From positions 7,636-71,635 of the forward strand of contig JAPHRK010000005.1 in assembly GCA_026196105.1 (NCBI GenBank): 64,000 nucleotides of DNA, in the 5' to 3' direction. Source of the DNA: Rhodospirillales bacterium. Its GTDB lineage: Bacteria; Pseudomonadota; Alphaproteobacteria; Rhodospirillales; JAPHRK01. The notes beneath the pieces were generated by a model. That model saw only the letters and a list, made by a program, of their open reading frames with translations. It searched no databases and had not been told where the DNA came from. Shown piece by piece: positions 31,137 to 41,628 of the stretch. Within the stretch, counting starts at the first letter, position 1, and each line of letters starts with the position of its first letter. Made by a program: the position numbers and the translations under genes.

Positions 31137-32069
31137 ATGGACTTAAAACAGCTTCGTCATTTTGTTGCCGTTGTTGAACATGGGAATATTCTCAGAGCTG
31201 CTGGAGCGATCAATATCTCGCAGCCAGCTCTTAGCAAAAGCATTCAAAAACTAGAAGCTTCAGTCGAAGCGCCCTTACTAGAGCGAACCATCCGGGGGGT
31301 TACCCCCACCTTGTTTGGAGAAACACTCTTTAAGCACGCCAAACTTATTTTGAGCCAAGCACAGCAGGCTTTGGAAGAGATCGGTTCTTTCCAGGAAGGG
31401 TTTAAGGGCCACATTAAAATTGGATTAGGTGCTAGTTTTGCTGGGTTCATGCTGCCCGAAGCCGTGATTAACCTGCTCAAAAAACGCCCGGATATTACCT
31501 TCTCAGTGGTGAGTAAGCCCTATGAAGAACTTATCCCAATGCTGGAACAGGGAGAGCTTGATGCGGTGATGGCCCTGTTCCCGCCCAATCCATTAAATAG
31601 GGACCTGTGCTATGAGCCCCTTATCGCTAGTGATTTTCGCACCATCTGTCGGGCTGAACACCCTCTGGCCAAAAAGAAGAAAACCACCTTACAAGATTTA
31701 GCTGACCATGAATGGGTTTTGTTTGATCGTCCGCAAGCGGCAAAAATTCTTCATGCGCAAATCTTTACCGATGCAGATATCCCCGCCCCTCGGCCCGTGA
31801 TTGAAACCAGTTCGGTCTTTTTCCTGAAGGCGACCTTGATGCAAGGGGATTTCTTAAGCTTTGTTCCTCCTGGTTTGGTGATGGAAGAGCTTAACAGTGG
31901 TCGCTTAAAGACCCTCGAAGCGGATGTTCCACCTTTTAGGATGAAGGCAGGAATCATTTATCGTTCAACCGGGGTTCAGCAAACGACGACAACGGCAATT
32001 ATTGAAGAAATCAGATCAATTCGTGATAAACTTGACCCCCTCATTGGGGCGCAAACAGTATCTAGTTAA
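31137..32069 (+). CDS. LysR-family transcriptional regulator
   Basis: MDLKQLRHF...ISQPALSKSIQKLE HTH. Confidence 0.95.
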   Translation: MDLKQLRHFVAVVEHGNILRAAGAINISQPALSKSIQKLEASVEAPLLERTIRGVTPTLFGETLFKHAKLILSQAQQALEEIGSFQEGFKGHIKIGLGASFAGFMLPEAVINLLKKRPDITFSVVSKPYEELIPMLEQGELDAVMALFPPNPLNRDLCYEPLIASDFRTICRAEHPLAKKKKTTLQDLADHEWVLFDRPQAAKILHAQIFTDADIPAPRPVIETSSVFFLKATLMQGDFLSFVPPGLVMEELNSGRLKTLEADVPPFRMKAGIIYRSTGVQQTTTTAIIEEIRSIRDKLDPLIGAQTVSS

Positions 32070-32105
32070 CATGACCCAACTTATATGGAGTTAGAGGGGG
32101 ACAGG

Positions 32106-33944
32106 ATGTCAAAACCAGAAATAGCCGTCTTAGATTTTGCACCAGCAGAAGTAGACGTAGAGAAGCTCAGTGATGGCGGTATGATCCTCCGCTCCCCGAT
32201 GCCTTTGAAGCATTATGGCAATAGCTTAGGTGAATTCATTCGCCATTGGTCTTCGGTTGCTCCTGATCGTGATTTCTTGGCTGAGCGCAATGAAGATGGC
32301 GGATGGCGCAAGGTAACTTGGGGTGAAACCCGTGACTTGGTGGAATCTATCGGTCAAGCTTTGTTGGATCGCGATTTGTCTGAAGAGAAACCCGTGATGA
32401 TCCTCTCTGATAACTCGGTCAATAACGGTCTTTTGCAACAAGCGGCAATGTATGTGGGAATTCCCGTAGCACCAATCTCTCCAGCTTATTCTTTGATGTC
32501 GCATGATTTTGCTAAGTTGAAGCATATATTTTCCATTGTGACCCCGGGCTTGATCTATGTAGAAAACGGGAACCTCTTTGCGAAAGCTTTAGAGTCTCTT
32601 GACCTCACCGGAGTTGAAGTAGTGGTGGGGAGTAAGATTCCGGTTACCCTCTCAGCGACAGAGTTTTCTGACCTAATGGAAACAGATGCTGGAACTGAGG
32701 TCGAGGAAGCTTTTTCAAAAGTTGGGCCAAAAACCTTGGCAAAAATTCTGTTTACCTCAGGCTCAACCGGGATGCCTAAAGGGGTGATTAATACCCAGGA
32801 AATGATGTGCTCTAATCAGCAGGCGATTTCCCAAATTTGGCCCTTCTTAAAAGAAAAGCCGCCTGTTCTCGTTGATTGGCTTCCCTGGAATCACACTTTC
32901 GGCGGTAACCATAACTTCAATATGATCATGAAGAATGGTGGCACTCTTTACGTGGATAATGGAAAACCAGCTCCAGGCTTGATCGAGAAAACCGTGGATA
33001 TTTTGAGAGAAATATCCCCTACCATGTACTTCAATGTGCCTCGTGGTTTTGATATGCTGACTCCTTATCTGGAAAAAGAACCAGCCTTAAGAGATAACTT
33101 CTTCAAAGGACTCGATTTTATTTTCTATGCTGCGGCAGCTCTTCCTCAAACCTCTTGGGAAAAATTAGAAAATCTTTCAATCCAGTCGCGAGGAAATCGC
33201 GTCTGTATGCTTTCTGCTTGGGGGTCGACAGAGACAGCCCCAATGTCAACATCCGTTCATTACCCAATTGAGAAAGCTGGTGTCATTGGCCTGCCGGCAC
33301 CCGGAACTGCCATTAAGATGACGCCAAATGCGGGCAAACTTGAACTCCGAATTAAGGGGCCTAACATTACGCCGGGCTATTTCAGGGATGCGGCAAAAAC
33401 CCGAGAAGCTTTCGATGAAGATGGCTATTACATGATCGGGGATGCTGGGAAGTTTGATGACCCAAATGACCCAAGCAAGGGCATTGTTTTTGATGGTCGT
33501 ACAGCTGAAGACTTTAAGCTTACCACAGGGACGTGGGTGAGTGTGGGAACTCTACGTACCAATGTTGTCGCTGCAACAGCCCCTCTTGTTCAAGACGCGG
33601 TGGTGACCGGGCATAATATGGAAGAACTCGGGTTGTTGATTTTCCCCAACCCACCTGGATGTGCTGCTGCCTGTAGTTTATCCCCCGATACTCCCTTTGA
33701 TGATATAATTACTCATCCCGATGTTATCGCTAAGCTAAAGGCAGGACTTGAACGCCATAACAAAGAAAACCCCGCTAGTAGCACTGCTATCAAACGGGTC
33801 ATCTTTATGATGGAGCCTCCTAGTATTGATGCGGGCGAAATTACGGATAAAGGCTACATCAACCAAAGAGCTGTTCTTGAATGTCGAGCTGAAATAGTTG
33901 ATAGGCTTTATGAGGGTGGAGAGGGTGTTATCCTTGTAGGCTAG
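32106..33944 (+). CDS. Feruloyl-CoA synthetase-like acyl-CoA ligase
   Basis: FTSGSTGMPKGV, DWLPWNHTFGGNHNF, WGSTETAP, GRTAEDFKLTTGTWV, EITDKGYINQ; RBS favours ATG 32106. Confidence 0.88.
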   Translation: MSKPEIAVLDFAPAEVDVEKLSDGGMILRSPMPLKHYGNSLGEFIRHWSSVAPDRDFLAERNEDGGWRKVTWGETRDLVESIGQALLDRDLSEEKPVMILSDNSVNNGLLQQAAMYVGIPVAPISPAYSLMSHDFAKLKHIFSIVTPGLIYVENGNLFAKALESLDLTGVEVVVGSKIPVTLSATEFSDLMETDAGTEVEEAFSKVGPKTLAKILFTSGSTGMPKGVINTQEMMCSNQQAISQIWPFLKEKPPVLVDWLPWNHTFGGNHNFNMIMKNGGTLYVDNGKPAPGLIEKTVDILREISPTMYFNVPRGFDMLTPYLEKEPALRDNFFKGLDFIFYAAAALPQTSWEKLENLSIQSRGNRVCMLSAWGSTETAPMSTSVHYPIEKAGVIGLPAPGTAIKMTPNAGKLELRIKGPNITPGYFRDAAKTREAFDEDGYYMIGDAGKFDDPNDPSKGIVFDGRTAEDFKLTTGTWVSVGTLRTNVVAATAPLVQDAVVTGHNMEELGLLIFPNPPGCAAACSLSPDTPFDDIITHPDVIAKLKAGLERHNKENPASSTAIKRVIFMMEPPSIDAGEITDKGYINQRAVLECRAEIVDRLYEGGEGVILVG

Positions 33945-33955
33945 TTGCTGTTAAC

Positions 33956-33994
33956 CTCCTTAAATTAAAGAGGCCTATTCATTAATTTAAGGAG
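33956..33994. terminator. Hairpin after the CoA ligase (possible terminator)
   Basis: 13-bp inverted repeat CTCCTTAAATTAA...TTAATTTAAGGAG; no strong U-tract. Confidence 0.45.
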
Positions 33995-34092
33995 AAGTTG
34001 TCTAGGGTTAAGGACTTTCTAGTCCAGTATGGTACAAGTATACGGAAGAAACGAATAGAAGATTTGTTTCCTTAGATTTGAGTTGAAGTTCC

Positions 34093-35763
34093 ATGCTCAA
34101 CAAATCGCCTTTACGCCATTTCTTGTTGCTTCTCATCCCAACGACCATTCTGTTTTGGGGGGTTATCCTCGGGGTGATGCATGTCAAAATTGATGAGCGT
34201 AAGGCAGCGGTCCAAGCCGTCGAAGTTGCCAGTATCAAATTAGGCAAACAAGCGATCACTCATGAATTGGCTGTGGTCGCTTCTGACCTGAGGGTTTTGG
34301 CCCAGTATGGTTTTGTCAGCAATCCCAATGATACTCAACGTGGATTTAAAGCCGAAGACCTTCTGATTTTTGCTAAAGAAAAACCACTTTATGATCAAAT
34401 TCGTTTTATTAATCTGAAAGGAATGGAAGTCGGGCGGGTTAATTTTAACAATGGGAATCCAGCTATTGTCCCTGAAAATATGCTTCAGTTCAAAGGGGCT
34501 CGTTATTACTTTAAAAATGGTCTCGCTGCGCCGAAAGGTACGATCTATATCTCACGCTTTGATCTCAACAAAGAAAGAGGCAAAGTGGAGCTCCCTTTAA
34601 AACCTATGCTTAGGTTTGTCATGCCAACCTATGATGAGGATGGAAAAAAGAAAGGGGTGTTTGTCCTCAATTATTTAGGTCAGCGTATTATCAATAATTT
34701 CTCCAAAATGACATCAAGTTCAATTGGTCAGAAAATGATAATTAATGATCTTGGTTATTGGTTATTAGGGCCAAACAAAAAAGCCGAATGGGGCTTCATG
34801 TTCAATAATGGCAAAACAATAAACACTTTATACCCCTCATCATGGGCCAAATTAAAAGCTGAACAAAGTGGACAGTTTACGGATAAGAATGGCCTGTTCT
34901 CTTTTGATACCGTTTATCCTGGTTCAGAGCTTGGAGGCGGGGAGGCACAGAAGGTTAAAACCCTTAGTGATGTCGGTAGTTGGAAAATTGTTTCTTTCAT
35001 CCCAACCTATAAGTATCAACGCCTGACAGGAGATATCTCTCGTCTCCTCTGGCTTGTGACTATTCCAATTTATGGGGCTATGTGTTTTGGGCTTTGGTGG
35101 CTATCTCACTTTAGAAATCGGGGGGATAATGCTGTCGAACAGCTGAAAATCGCCTTCGAAGGATTGGATTCTCAAGTCCAAGAACGTACCAAAGAATTAC
35201 GCCAGGAGATTACGGAACGTAAAGCTCTTGAAGCCCAATTACGTAAGATCGCTTGGACTGATGAACTTACGGACCTTTTAAATCGGAGAGCTTTTTTAGA
35301 GGCTGCCGAGAAAGAAAATGACCGCTTTATGCGTTATGGCACACCTTACACGGTCCTTATGTTGGATCTGGACCATTTTAAGAAAGTAAACGACACTTAC
35401 GGACATCACGCAGGTGATTTAGTCCTTTCTGAAATGTCGAAAGTTCTTAAGCGTATGGTACGCAAAACTGATGTTATTGGTCGCATAGGTGGGGAAGAGA
35501 TCGCTTTCATTTTGCCTAAAACTGAGCCAGTAGTAGCGGTTCAATTAGCTGAGAGAATTCGCAAACACTTAGAAACTCTAGTTGTTACCTGGGAAGATCA
35601 AAAAATCCGATTTACCGCCAGTATTGGGGTCGCACAGGTAAAACCTGGGACGGTTGCGTTTAGTGAAACCATGGATTCTGCGGATAAGGCTCTTTATCAA
35701 GCCAAAGAAAGCGGCCGTAATCAAGTTTGTCTCTATGAAGAAGTTGGTTTAGAGGTTGTTTGA
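34093..35763 (+). CDS. Membrane Cache-domain diguanylate cyclase
   Basis: TM, YDQIRFI...RYYF...KPMLRF Cache-like region, TM, then GGDEF with RKTD and variant GGEEI. Confidence 0.88.
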   Translation: MLNKSPLRHFLLLLIPTTILFWGVILGVMHVKIDERKAAVQAVEVASIKLGKQAITHELAVVASDLRVLAQYGFVSNPNDTQRGFKAEDLLIFAKEKPLYDQIRFINLKGMEVGRVNFNNGNPAIVPENMLQFKGARYYFKNGLAAPKGTIYISRFDLNKERGKVELPLKPMLRFVMPTYDEDGKKKGVFVLNYLGQRIINNFSKMTSSSIGQKMIINDLGYWLLGPNKKAEWGFMFNNGKTINTLYPSSWAKLKAEQSGQFTDKNGLFSFDTVYPGSELGGGEAQKVKTLSDVGSWKIVSFIPTYKYQRLTGDISRLLWLVTIPIYGAMCFGLWWLSHFRNRGDNAVEQLKIAFEGLDSQVQERTKELRQEITERKALEAQLRKIAWTDELTDLLNRRAFLEAAEKENDRFMRYGTPYTVLMLDLDHFKKVNDTYGHHAGDLVLSEMSKVLKRMVRKTDVIGRIGGEEIAFILPKTEPVVAVQLAERIRKHLETLVVTWEDQKIRFTASIGVAQVKPGTVAFSETMDSADKALYQAKESGRNQVCLYEEVGLEVV

Positions 35764-36959
35764 AGTCCTAGAGAGAGAACCGCTGCTAAGGTAACCATAA
35801 TGGCTGACAGGATCAAACAAGCATTGAGCCCCCCCCATTGGTAGGCAAGCCCTGATAACAGAGTCCCAGCAAGACGCCCCACTGCATTAGCCATATAGTA
35901 GAAACCTACATGAACGGCAACTTGGTCGTGGTCGGAATAGGCCAGAATCAAGTATGAGTGTACGGCTGAATTGATTGCAAATACGAGGGCAAAAAGACCT
36001 AAGCCTCCTATCACCACAAGTGTCGGCTCAATCCCTACTTGAAGTCCTAAAGCCATAGCTGCCGGGAGCAAGGCAAGGATGAAAGCCCAGAGGCGAGCGG
36101 CCTTGGCTCCGCTCAGAGCGTCTTTGGTTCCCGGTAATAATTTGGGGGCACTAGCTTGAATAAACCCATAGCCAATAACCCAAGCAGCCATAAAAGTTCC
36201 AACCTCACTATAGTTCCACCCAAGTTCTGCAGAGAGAAACACCGGTAATCCAACAACAAACCAAACATCACGGGAGCCGAATAAGAATACCCGTGCTGCT
36301 GAAAGAAAGTTTATTTCCCGGCTTTTTGATAGGAGATGTTTTATGGAAACTTTGTTTTTGGCTTTGCCCATCGTCTCACCAACGGTAAAGAGGCAATAGA
36401 TAAGGATAATAAAAAGCACTGCGGCCATGCCATAGAGAGCGTATTTAAAGCCTACAGTGCTGAGCAAGAAGCCCCCCAAGAAAAAACCGACTCCCTTGAG
36501 AGCGTTCTTTGACCCTGTCAGGATTGCGACCCACTTAAAGAGACGTGATTCATCGCCCTGATCTCCGATACCAGCAACAAGCTTAACCGCGCTTTTAGAG
36601 CTCATTTTGGTGAAATCTTTAGCGCCCCCGGAAAGGGCTTGAGAGGCCATGACGTAAGCCACAGAAAAACCAACTGTCCACTCAGGAGAAAGGGCTGAGA
36701 GCATCAACAAGGCACATATTTGGAGAGCAAGCCCGGCAAACAAGCTTAACCTCAGACCAAACAGGCTTGCGAGCCAACCGCCAAATAAGTTGGTGAGCAC
36801 CCCCATCACTTCATAAAGCAAAAATAGGAGAGCGATATCAAAAGGAGAAAAGCCGAGGCTATGAAAGTGCAACAGCACAATCATTCTCAAGGCTCCGTCC
36901 GTCAGGGTGAAGGCCCAATAAGCAATGGTGACGTTGATATAGCCTTTAAGGTCGGACAT
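35733..36959 (-). CDS. arsJ: Organoarsenical efflux MFS transporter ArsJ
   Basis: YWAFTLTDGALRM, KMSSKSAVK, LTGSKNALKG, SRDVWFVV, AINSAVHSYLI, VGFYYMANA; coupled to a GAPDH gene. Confidence 0.93.
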   Translation of the reverse strand: MSDLKGYINVTIAYWAFTLTDGALRMIVLLHFHSLGFSPFDIALLFLLYEVMGVLTNLFGGWLASLFGLRLSLFAGLALQICALLMLSALSPEWTVGFSVAYVMASQALSGGAKDFTKMSSKSAVKLVAGIGDQGDESRLFKWVAILTGSKNALKGVGFFLGGFLLSTVGFKYALYGMAAVLFIILIYCLFTVGETMGKAKNKVSIKHLLSKSREINFLSAARVFLFGSRDVWFVVGLPVFLSAELGWNYSEVGTFMAAWVIGYGFIQASAPKLLPGTKDALSGAKAARLWAFILALLPAAMALGLQVGIEPTLVVIGGLGLFALVFAINSAVHSYLILAYSDHDQVAVHVGFYYMANAVGRLAGTLLSGLAYQWGGLNACLILSAIMVTLAAVLSLGLQTTSKPTSS

Positions 36960-37981
36960 TAGAGGGTATTTGCTACCTTTTGGGTTAGTTCCATCATGCG
37001 ATTTACATAACCAATCTCGTTGTCATACCAGGTGAGAATTTTAACCTGACGACCATCGACAACCATGGTTGAGGGGCCATCAACGATGCCAGAACGCGTG
37101 TCGTTGACAAAATCTGTCGAGACCAGAGGCTTTGCTTCAAAGCCGAGCACCCCTTTTAAAGGACCATCGGCAGCCTCTTTTAAAAGCTGGTTTACTTCCT
37201 CAACGGTCGTGTCTCTCGCAACCTCGAAAACACAATCTGTAAGAGAGGCGTTAAGCAGCGGCACACGAATAGCAATGCCATTGAGTTTCCCTTTAAGCTC
37301 GGGGTAAATCATGGTGATGGCTGTGGCTGACCCTGTTGACGTTGGGATCAGAGAATTTAAAGCTGAACGAGCCCGGCGCAGGTCTTTGTGTGGCGCATCG
37401 ACGATAACTTGGGTGTTGGTAACATCATGGATGGTGGTAATCGCTCCATGCATGATGCCCAAAGATTCGTGAATCACTTTAACGACGGGGGCCAAGCAAT
37501 TGGTCGTGCATGAGGCTGCCGTAATTAAATGGTGGGTTTGAGGTTCATAAAGGTGGTCGTTGATGCCATAGACAAGGTTTATGGCTCCTTCTTTAACTGG
37601 AGCGGCAACAATGACTTTCTTAATCCCTCGGTCAAAATAAGGCTGCAGGGTCTTTGGTGTTTTAAATTGACCAGAGCATTCAAGAACAATGTCGACTTCA
37701 TTACCTGTCCAGGGAATATCAGTAGGGGTTGGAAACTCGCTAAAAGAAATTCTATCACCTTCAATCTCGATGCTATCAGCGTCAAACCCAATTTGACGTT
37801 CCCAACGACCATGGACAGTATCAAATTCTAAAAGGTGTGCTGCGACCTCTGCTCCGCCTTTTATTTCGTTGATCTGGGTAATTTGAAAATCAGGCCAGTC
37901 CCATGCGGCTCTAAGAGCCAAGCGTCCCATTCTGCCAAAACCATTGATTCCAACACGAACAGGCTTGCTGTTATTTGCCAT
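36959..37981 (-). CDS. ArsJ-associated glyceraldehyde-3-phosphate dehydrogenase
   Basis: [31 protein letters not shown]...DLRRARS, WYDNE; stop overlaps the arsJ start; start ATG 37981. Confidence 0.92.
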   Translation of the reverse strand: MANNSKPVRVGINGFGRMGRLALRAAWDWPDFQITQINEIKGGAEVAAHLLEFDTVHGRWERQIGFDADSIEIEGDRISFSEFPTPTDIPWTGNEVDIVLECSGQFKTPKTLQPYFDRGIKKVIVAAPVKEGAINLVYGINDHLYEPQTHHLITAASCTTNCLAPVVKVIHESLGIMHGAITTIHDVTNTQVIVDAPHKDLRRARSALNSLIPTSTGSATAITMIYPELKGKLNGIAIRVPLLNASLTDCVFEVARDTTVEEVNQLLKEAADGPLKGVLGFEAKPLVSTDFVNDTRSGIVDGPSTMVVDGRQVKILTWYDNEIGYVNRMMELTQKVANTL

Positions 37982-38124
37982 AATAGTCCCCAACATTGAT
38001 CGCAAAATTTATGAGTACACCTCTTTTGAGGTTACAGCAAATGATGTTCAGATGACAAAAAGAAACCCCGCTTTCCTTAAAAAAAGAAAACAGGGTTCCT
38101 ATTAGATGTTTTTAGCGTTTGGAA

Positions 38125-39438
38125 CTAGGATTGTTGGGTAACGCTGTTGATAAAGGCGTCAACATCTCGATTGAGGTTTGCAGCCCGTTGTTGAAGGTCA
38201 ACTGCCGCATTATTAACGCTGCCAACAGATGAATTGGTGGTTTCTGCGCCCTTGGCAACTTCACGGATGGTTTCTGCCACAGTACGAACGCCAGTAACAG
38301 CTTGCTGAATATTGCCACTAATTTCGTTCACAACGGCATTTTGTTCTCCAACAGCCCCGGCAATTGCTGTGCCCGTTTCATCGATTTCATCAATGCTTTC
38401 TCCGATGCCGCCAATAGCTGATACAGCTTCTTTCGTCGCTGTTTGCATGCTGTTGATCTGCTGGACGATTTCCTCTGTTGCTTTGGCTGTTTGATTGGCG
38501 AGGTTTTTCACTTCTGAAGCGACAACGGCAAATCCTTTGCCTGCATCACCAGCGCGCGCCGCCTCAATGGTAGCGTTGAGGGCGAGGAGATTAGTTTGTT
38601 CAGCGATATCGTTAATTAATCCGACAACTTCGCCGATTTTGTCCGCTGCTGTTGCGAGGGTTTCAACCGTTGTATTGGCATCACGCACCTTAATGACGGC
38701 GGCTTTGCCCATTTCGGAGGAACGTGCGACTTGTGCTGAAACTTCACCAATAGAAGCCGTGAATTCTTCTGTAGCGGCGGCGACACTTTCAACATTGCCA
38801 TAAGCAGTTTCAGCCGCTTCAGCTACGGTGGTTGATTGATCACTGGTGTCACGGGCAACCGTGCTCATGTCCCGTGAGCTATCTTCAAGTTGAGTTGCTG
38901 TAGATGAAACAGAAGTCACAACCTCTTTGATTTTCCCACCCACTGCCGTGGCATTTTCAGCAAAAGTTTTGGTTCGCTGGTCCATAGAGGACAACCCTTC
39001 ATTGATAATCTGGGCTTGTACAGCAAACCCTTTGACCATGCCGGTCATGCCGATTTTACGGAAGTATTCCCCTTTGGCTGCATATTCAAGAGCAGCTCCG
39101 GCTTCACGGGCAAAGGCTTCAGTGCGATCAAGCAGACGGTTGGTTGCTTGTTGCATGGCGCCAACGGAGTCGCCACGTTGGATATTTAAAACACGGATAT
39201 TTAAATCCCCTTTGGCGGCAGCTTCAAGGATGTCACCTGTTCTGCGGATTTCAGCTAGGACTTTGTTAATGCCAGCGAAGCTGATTATGGCAATAATGGC
39301 GACAATGGCTTCCGTGATGACAACATCAAGAGCAGCCTTTTCATAAATGCTTAAGGCTGTGCCAAAAACAGCAAGAACAGAGAGTGACGCAATCAGTACC
39401 CTGGTGACACTTAGAGAAATTGGAGTCATTTTTTTCAC
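38125..39438 (-). CDS. Methyl-accepting chemotaxis protein without a sensory domain
   Basis: Two adjacent TM helices, HAMP-like region, [34 protein letters not shown]. Confidence 0.95.
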   Translation of the reverse strand: MKKMTPISLSVTRVLIASLSVLAVFGTALSIYEKAALDVVITEAIVAIIAIISFAGINKVLAEIRRTGDILEAAAKGDLNIRVLNIQRGDSVGAMQQATNRLLDRTEAFAREAGAALEYAAKGEYFRKIGMTGMVKGFAVQAQIINEGLSSMDQRTKTFAENATAVGGKIKEVVTSVSSTATQLEDSSRDMSTVARDTSDQSTTVAEAAETAYGNVESVAAATEEFTASIGEVSAQVARSSEMGKAAVIKVRDANTTVETLATAADKIGEVVGLINDIAEQTNLLALNATIEAARAGDAGKGFAVVASEVKNLANQTAKATEEIVQQINSMQTATKEAVSAIGGIGESIDEIDETGTAIAGAVGEQNAVVNEISGNIQQAVTGVRTVAETIREVAKGAETTNSSVGSVNNAAVDLQQRAANLNRDVDAFINSVTQQS

Positions 39439-39669
39439 CTGTTATTATTTCTTAGCCTACAACATGTAGGTTTAAATATATTTATGTGTAGTACTATTAA
39501 TATAATTATAGCTTGCCAATCTCTAATAGGGAATTACAATTATCCCCCAATTTACAACGAATTAACAAGGAATGCGCAAAATAGTCACATCCATATACTA
39601 TTTGTTTGGTTATTGATTTGCAGATTATTCATCTAAGGTGAAACTTAGAGTGTTCTATGAGGTAGCGAA

Positions 39670-40194
39670 ATGGCAGAAAATGTATCTCTAACTGGTGTTG
39701 AACGGACATTTGACCGTGACGACATTATTGTAAGTAAAACCAATACGAAGGGTCAATTAACTTACGTTAATAATATTTTCCTTGAAATTGCTGATTACAC
39801 CGAAGCTGAGATTATCGGCAAACCTCATAACGTTATTCGCCACCCAGATATGCCGAGGTGCATTTTTAAAGCCTTGTGGGATTCGATCAAAGCAGGTGAA
39901 GAAATTTTTGCTTATGTTATGAACCGGACAAAATACGGTGATTATTACTGGGTTCTTGCCCACGTTACGCCGACCTTTGAAGGGCCTAACAAAGAAATCG
40001 TTGGTTACCATTCAAACCGTCGTGTCCCTGAAAAGAAGGCTCTAGATATAATCAAGCCTCTTTATGCCAAGCTCTTGGCAGAAGAAAAAAGCCATTCGAA
40101 CCCTAAGGAAGGCCTTGCTGCGTCAACAAGAATGCTTCAACAGACTTTGGAGCCTTACGGTGGGCGTTACGATAAGTTTGTACTTTCTATTTAA
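39670..40194 (+). CDS. Stand-alone Aer-like PAS sensor protein
   Basis: IIVSKTNTKGQLTYVN...GKPHNVIRHPDMPRCIFKALW...YYWV...GYHSNRR. Confidence 0.9.
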   Translation: MAENVSLTGVERTFDRDDIIVSKTNTKGQLTYVNNIFLEIADYTEAEIIGKPHNVIRHPDMPRCIFKALWDSIKAGEEIFAYVMNRTKYGDYYWVLAHVTPTFEGPNKEIVGYHSNRRVPEKKALDIIKPLYAKLLAEEKSHSNPKEGLAASTRMLQQTLEPYGGRYDKFVLSI

Positions 40195-40916
40195 TTATAA
40201 AGCTTGGCTATTTTTTCTGGGGCAACTCCAAGGAAGTATAGAGCCAGACAAAAAAGATGAAAAAGGGGGCGCCGCCAATAGCCCCCTTTGTGGTATCTGG
40301 TAGCTGACGTAATAGCCTTTGCCTTGAGATAGCTTATTCGCTTCCGCCCAATCCGCCGAATGATGTCTACATCTTCCATCAAAGGCAGGGGCTTATATCC
40401 CCCAAGTTGCTGATAAAAATCACGACTGATAAGTAGCCCCTGATCCCCATAAGGTAGGGCTAAGGCTTCACAGCGCAAAGCCACCATTCGCTCTACCCGA
40501 CGAGCTGCAGGAGCTTCATCATCTAAAGCATAGGTAAAGGCGGCAGCTTTTGCTTGATTATCTGGGTTAGCCATAAAGCTAGTAACTTCAGCTTCCCAAT
40601 CAGGGCTAAGGGTTGTGTCTCCATGAATGAAGAGCAGAAACTCTCCTTGTGCTTCTGTCGCTCCTTTTGCTAATTGTGTTCCTCGTCCTTTAGGGCTGGT
40701 GATGATCTTTGCCCCTAAATTTTCAGCGATATGGACGGTCTTATCACTTGAGCCGCCATCAACAATAATGATTTCAAGCAAAGTATCTTTCCCAATAAAA
40801 CAAGCAAGAGTGGATGCCACTCCTTTGACAGCATTTAGGGTGGGAATGATTACGCTAAGTTTGGGAATTGTTTTCTCAGACAATAGGTACACTCTAATGG
40901 ACAGGGTATTATTCAT
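40191..40916 (-). CDS. GT2 glycosyltransferase, TIGR04283-like (start possibly TTG 40883)
   Basis: SVIIPTLN, VDGGSSD, GRGTQL, FIHGD, PYGDQGL, PLMEDV, TSATRY. Confidence 0.85.
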   Translation of the reverse strand: MNNTLSIRVYLLSEKTIPKLSVIIPTLNAVKGVASTLACFIGKDTLLEIIIVDGGSSDKTVHIAENLGAKIITSPKGRGTQLAKGATEAQGEFLLFIHGDTTLSPDWEAEVTSFMANPDNQAKAAAFTYALDDEAPAARRVERMVALRCEALALPYGDQGLLISRDFYQQLGGYKPLPLMEDVDIIRRIGRKRISYLKAKAITSATRYHKGGYWRRPLFHLFCLALYFLGVAPEKIAKLYN

Positions 40917-40962
40917 CCGCTATCTATGCACTAACACGTCTTTAGGGTGAATATAAGCGATA

Positions 40963-41574
40963 ATGGATTATTTTAGCGAAGAAGAACGACAAAAGCAGGA
41001 GGCTTTTGCATCTTATCGGGATGCAAAGTTAAAACCCCTGACCGATTTTCTAACAAAACTCAATATCCGCGCTAATCATGTCACCACTGCAGCGGTGATT
41101 TTGCTGTTCCTTGGCTGCATGGCGGGCCCTGAGTGGGGCTGGACAGCTTCGTTTTTGCTTTTCTTTTATTGTTTCCTTGATGGCATCGATGGTCCTTTAG
41201 CGAGGTCAACAAATTCGCAACACCAAGGCGGTGCCATTATTGATATGGTGGCTGATCAAGCAGGGGTAATTGTCGCTCCTGCAGCGGCTATTTATCATCT
41301 GGGGACCGATGGGATTGCGGCGGTTTTGTTCGCGAGTCTTTATGTGTCATTCATTGCTTTAGTTGTTTATGCCAACAACAATGGTATCAAGCTTTTTAAA
41401 ATTGTCCGCTTAAAATATTTTTTCTATTTTGTTTATTGTTTATCAATCCTGATTAACTACGACTTAGTAACTTATCTATTTTACGTGGCAGATGTTTACT
41501 ACCTGATCGTATTGCTTTTGGTGGTTGCGAGAATATACAAATTCTTTGCTGCTCAAGAAGGTAGTAAAACTTAA
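40963..41574 (+). CDS. CDP-alcohol phosphatidyltransferase family protein
   Basis: ANHVT and DGIDGPLAR...GAIIDMVAD signature; several TM segments. Confidence 0.88.
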   Translation: MDYFSEEERQKQEAFASYRDAKLKPLTDFLTKLNIRANHVTTAAVILLFLGCMAGPEWGWTASFLLFFYCFLDGIDGPLARSTNSQHQGGAIIDMVADQAGVIVAPAAAIYHLGTDGIAAVLFASLYVSFIALVVYANNNGIKLFKIVRLKYFFYFVYCLSILINYDLVTYLFYVADVYYLIVLLLVVARIYKFFAAQEGSKT

Positions 41575-41628
41575 AAATAAAGAGAGGGCCTTTAAATCAA
41601 AGGGCTAAATCCACATGTTAACTATTGA

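Noticed and set aside
36959-37981. Housekeeping glycolytic gapA
   Set aside because: Coupling to arsJ and [16 protein letters not shown] motifs indicate the ArsJ-associated subfamily
39454-39472. NrdR box in the MCP/PAS spacer
   Set aside because: Single imperfect match in AT-rich DNA with no partner box; kept only as an unassigned dyad
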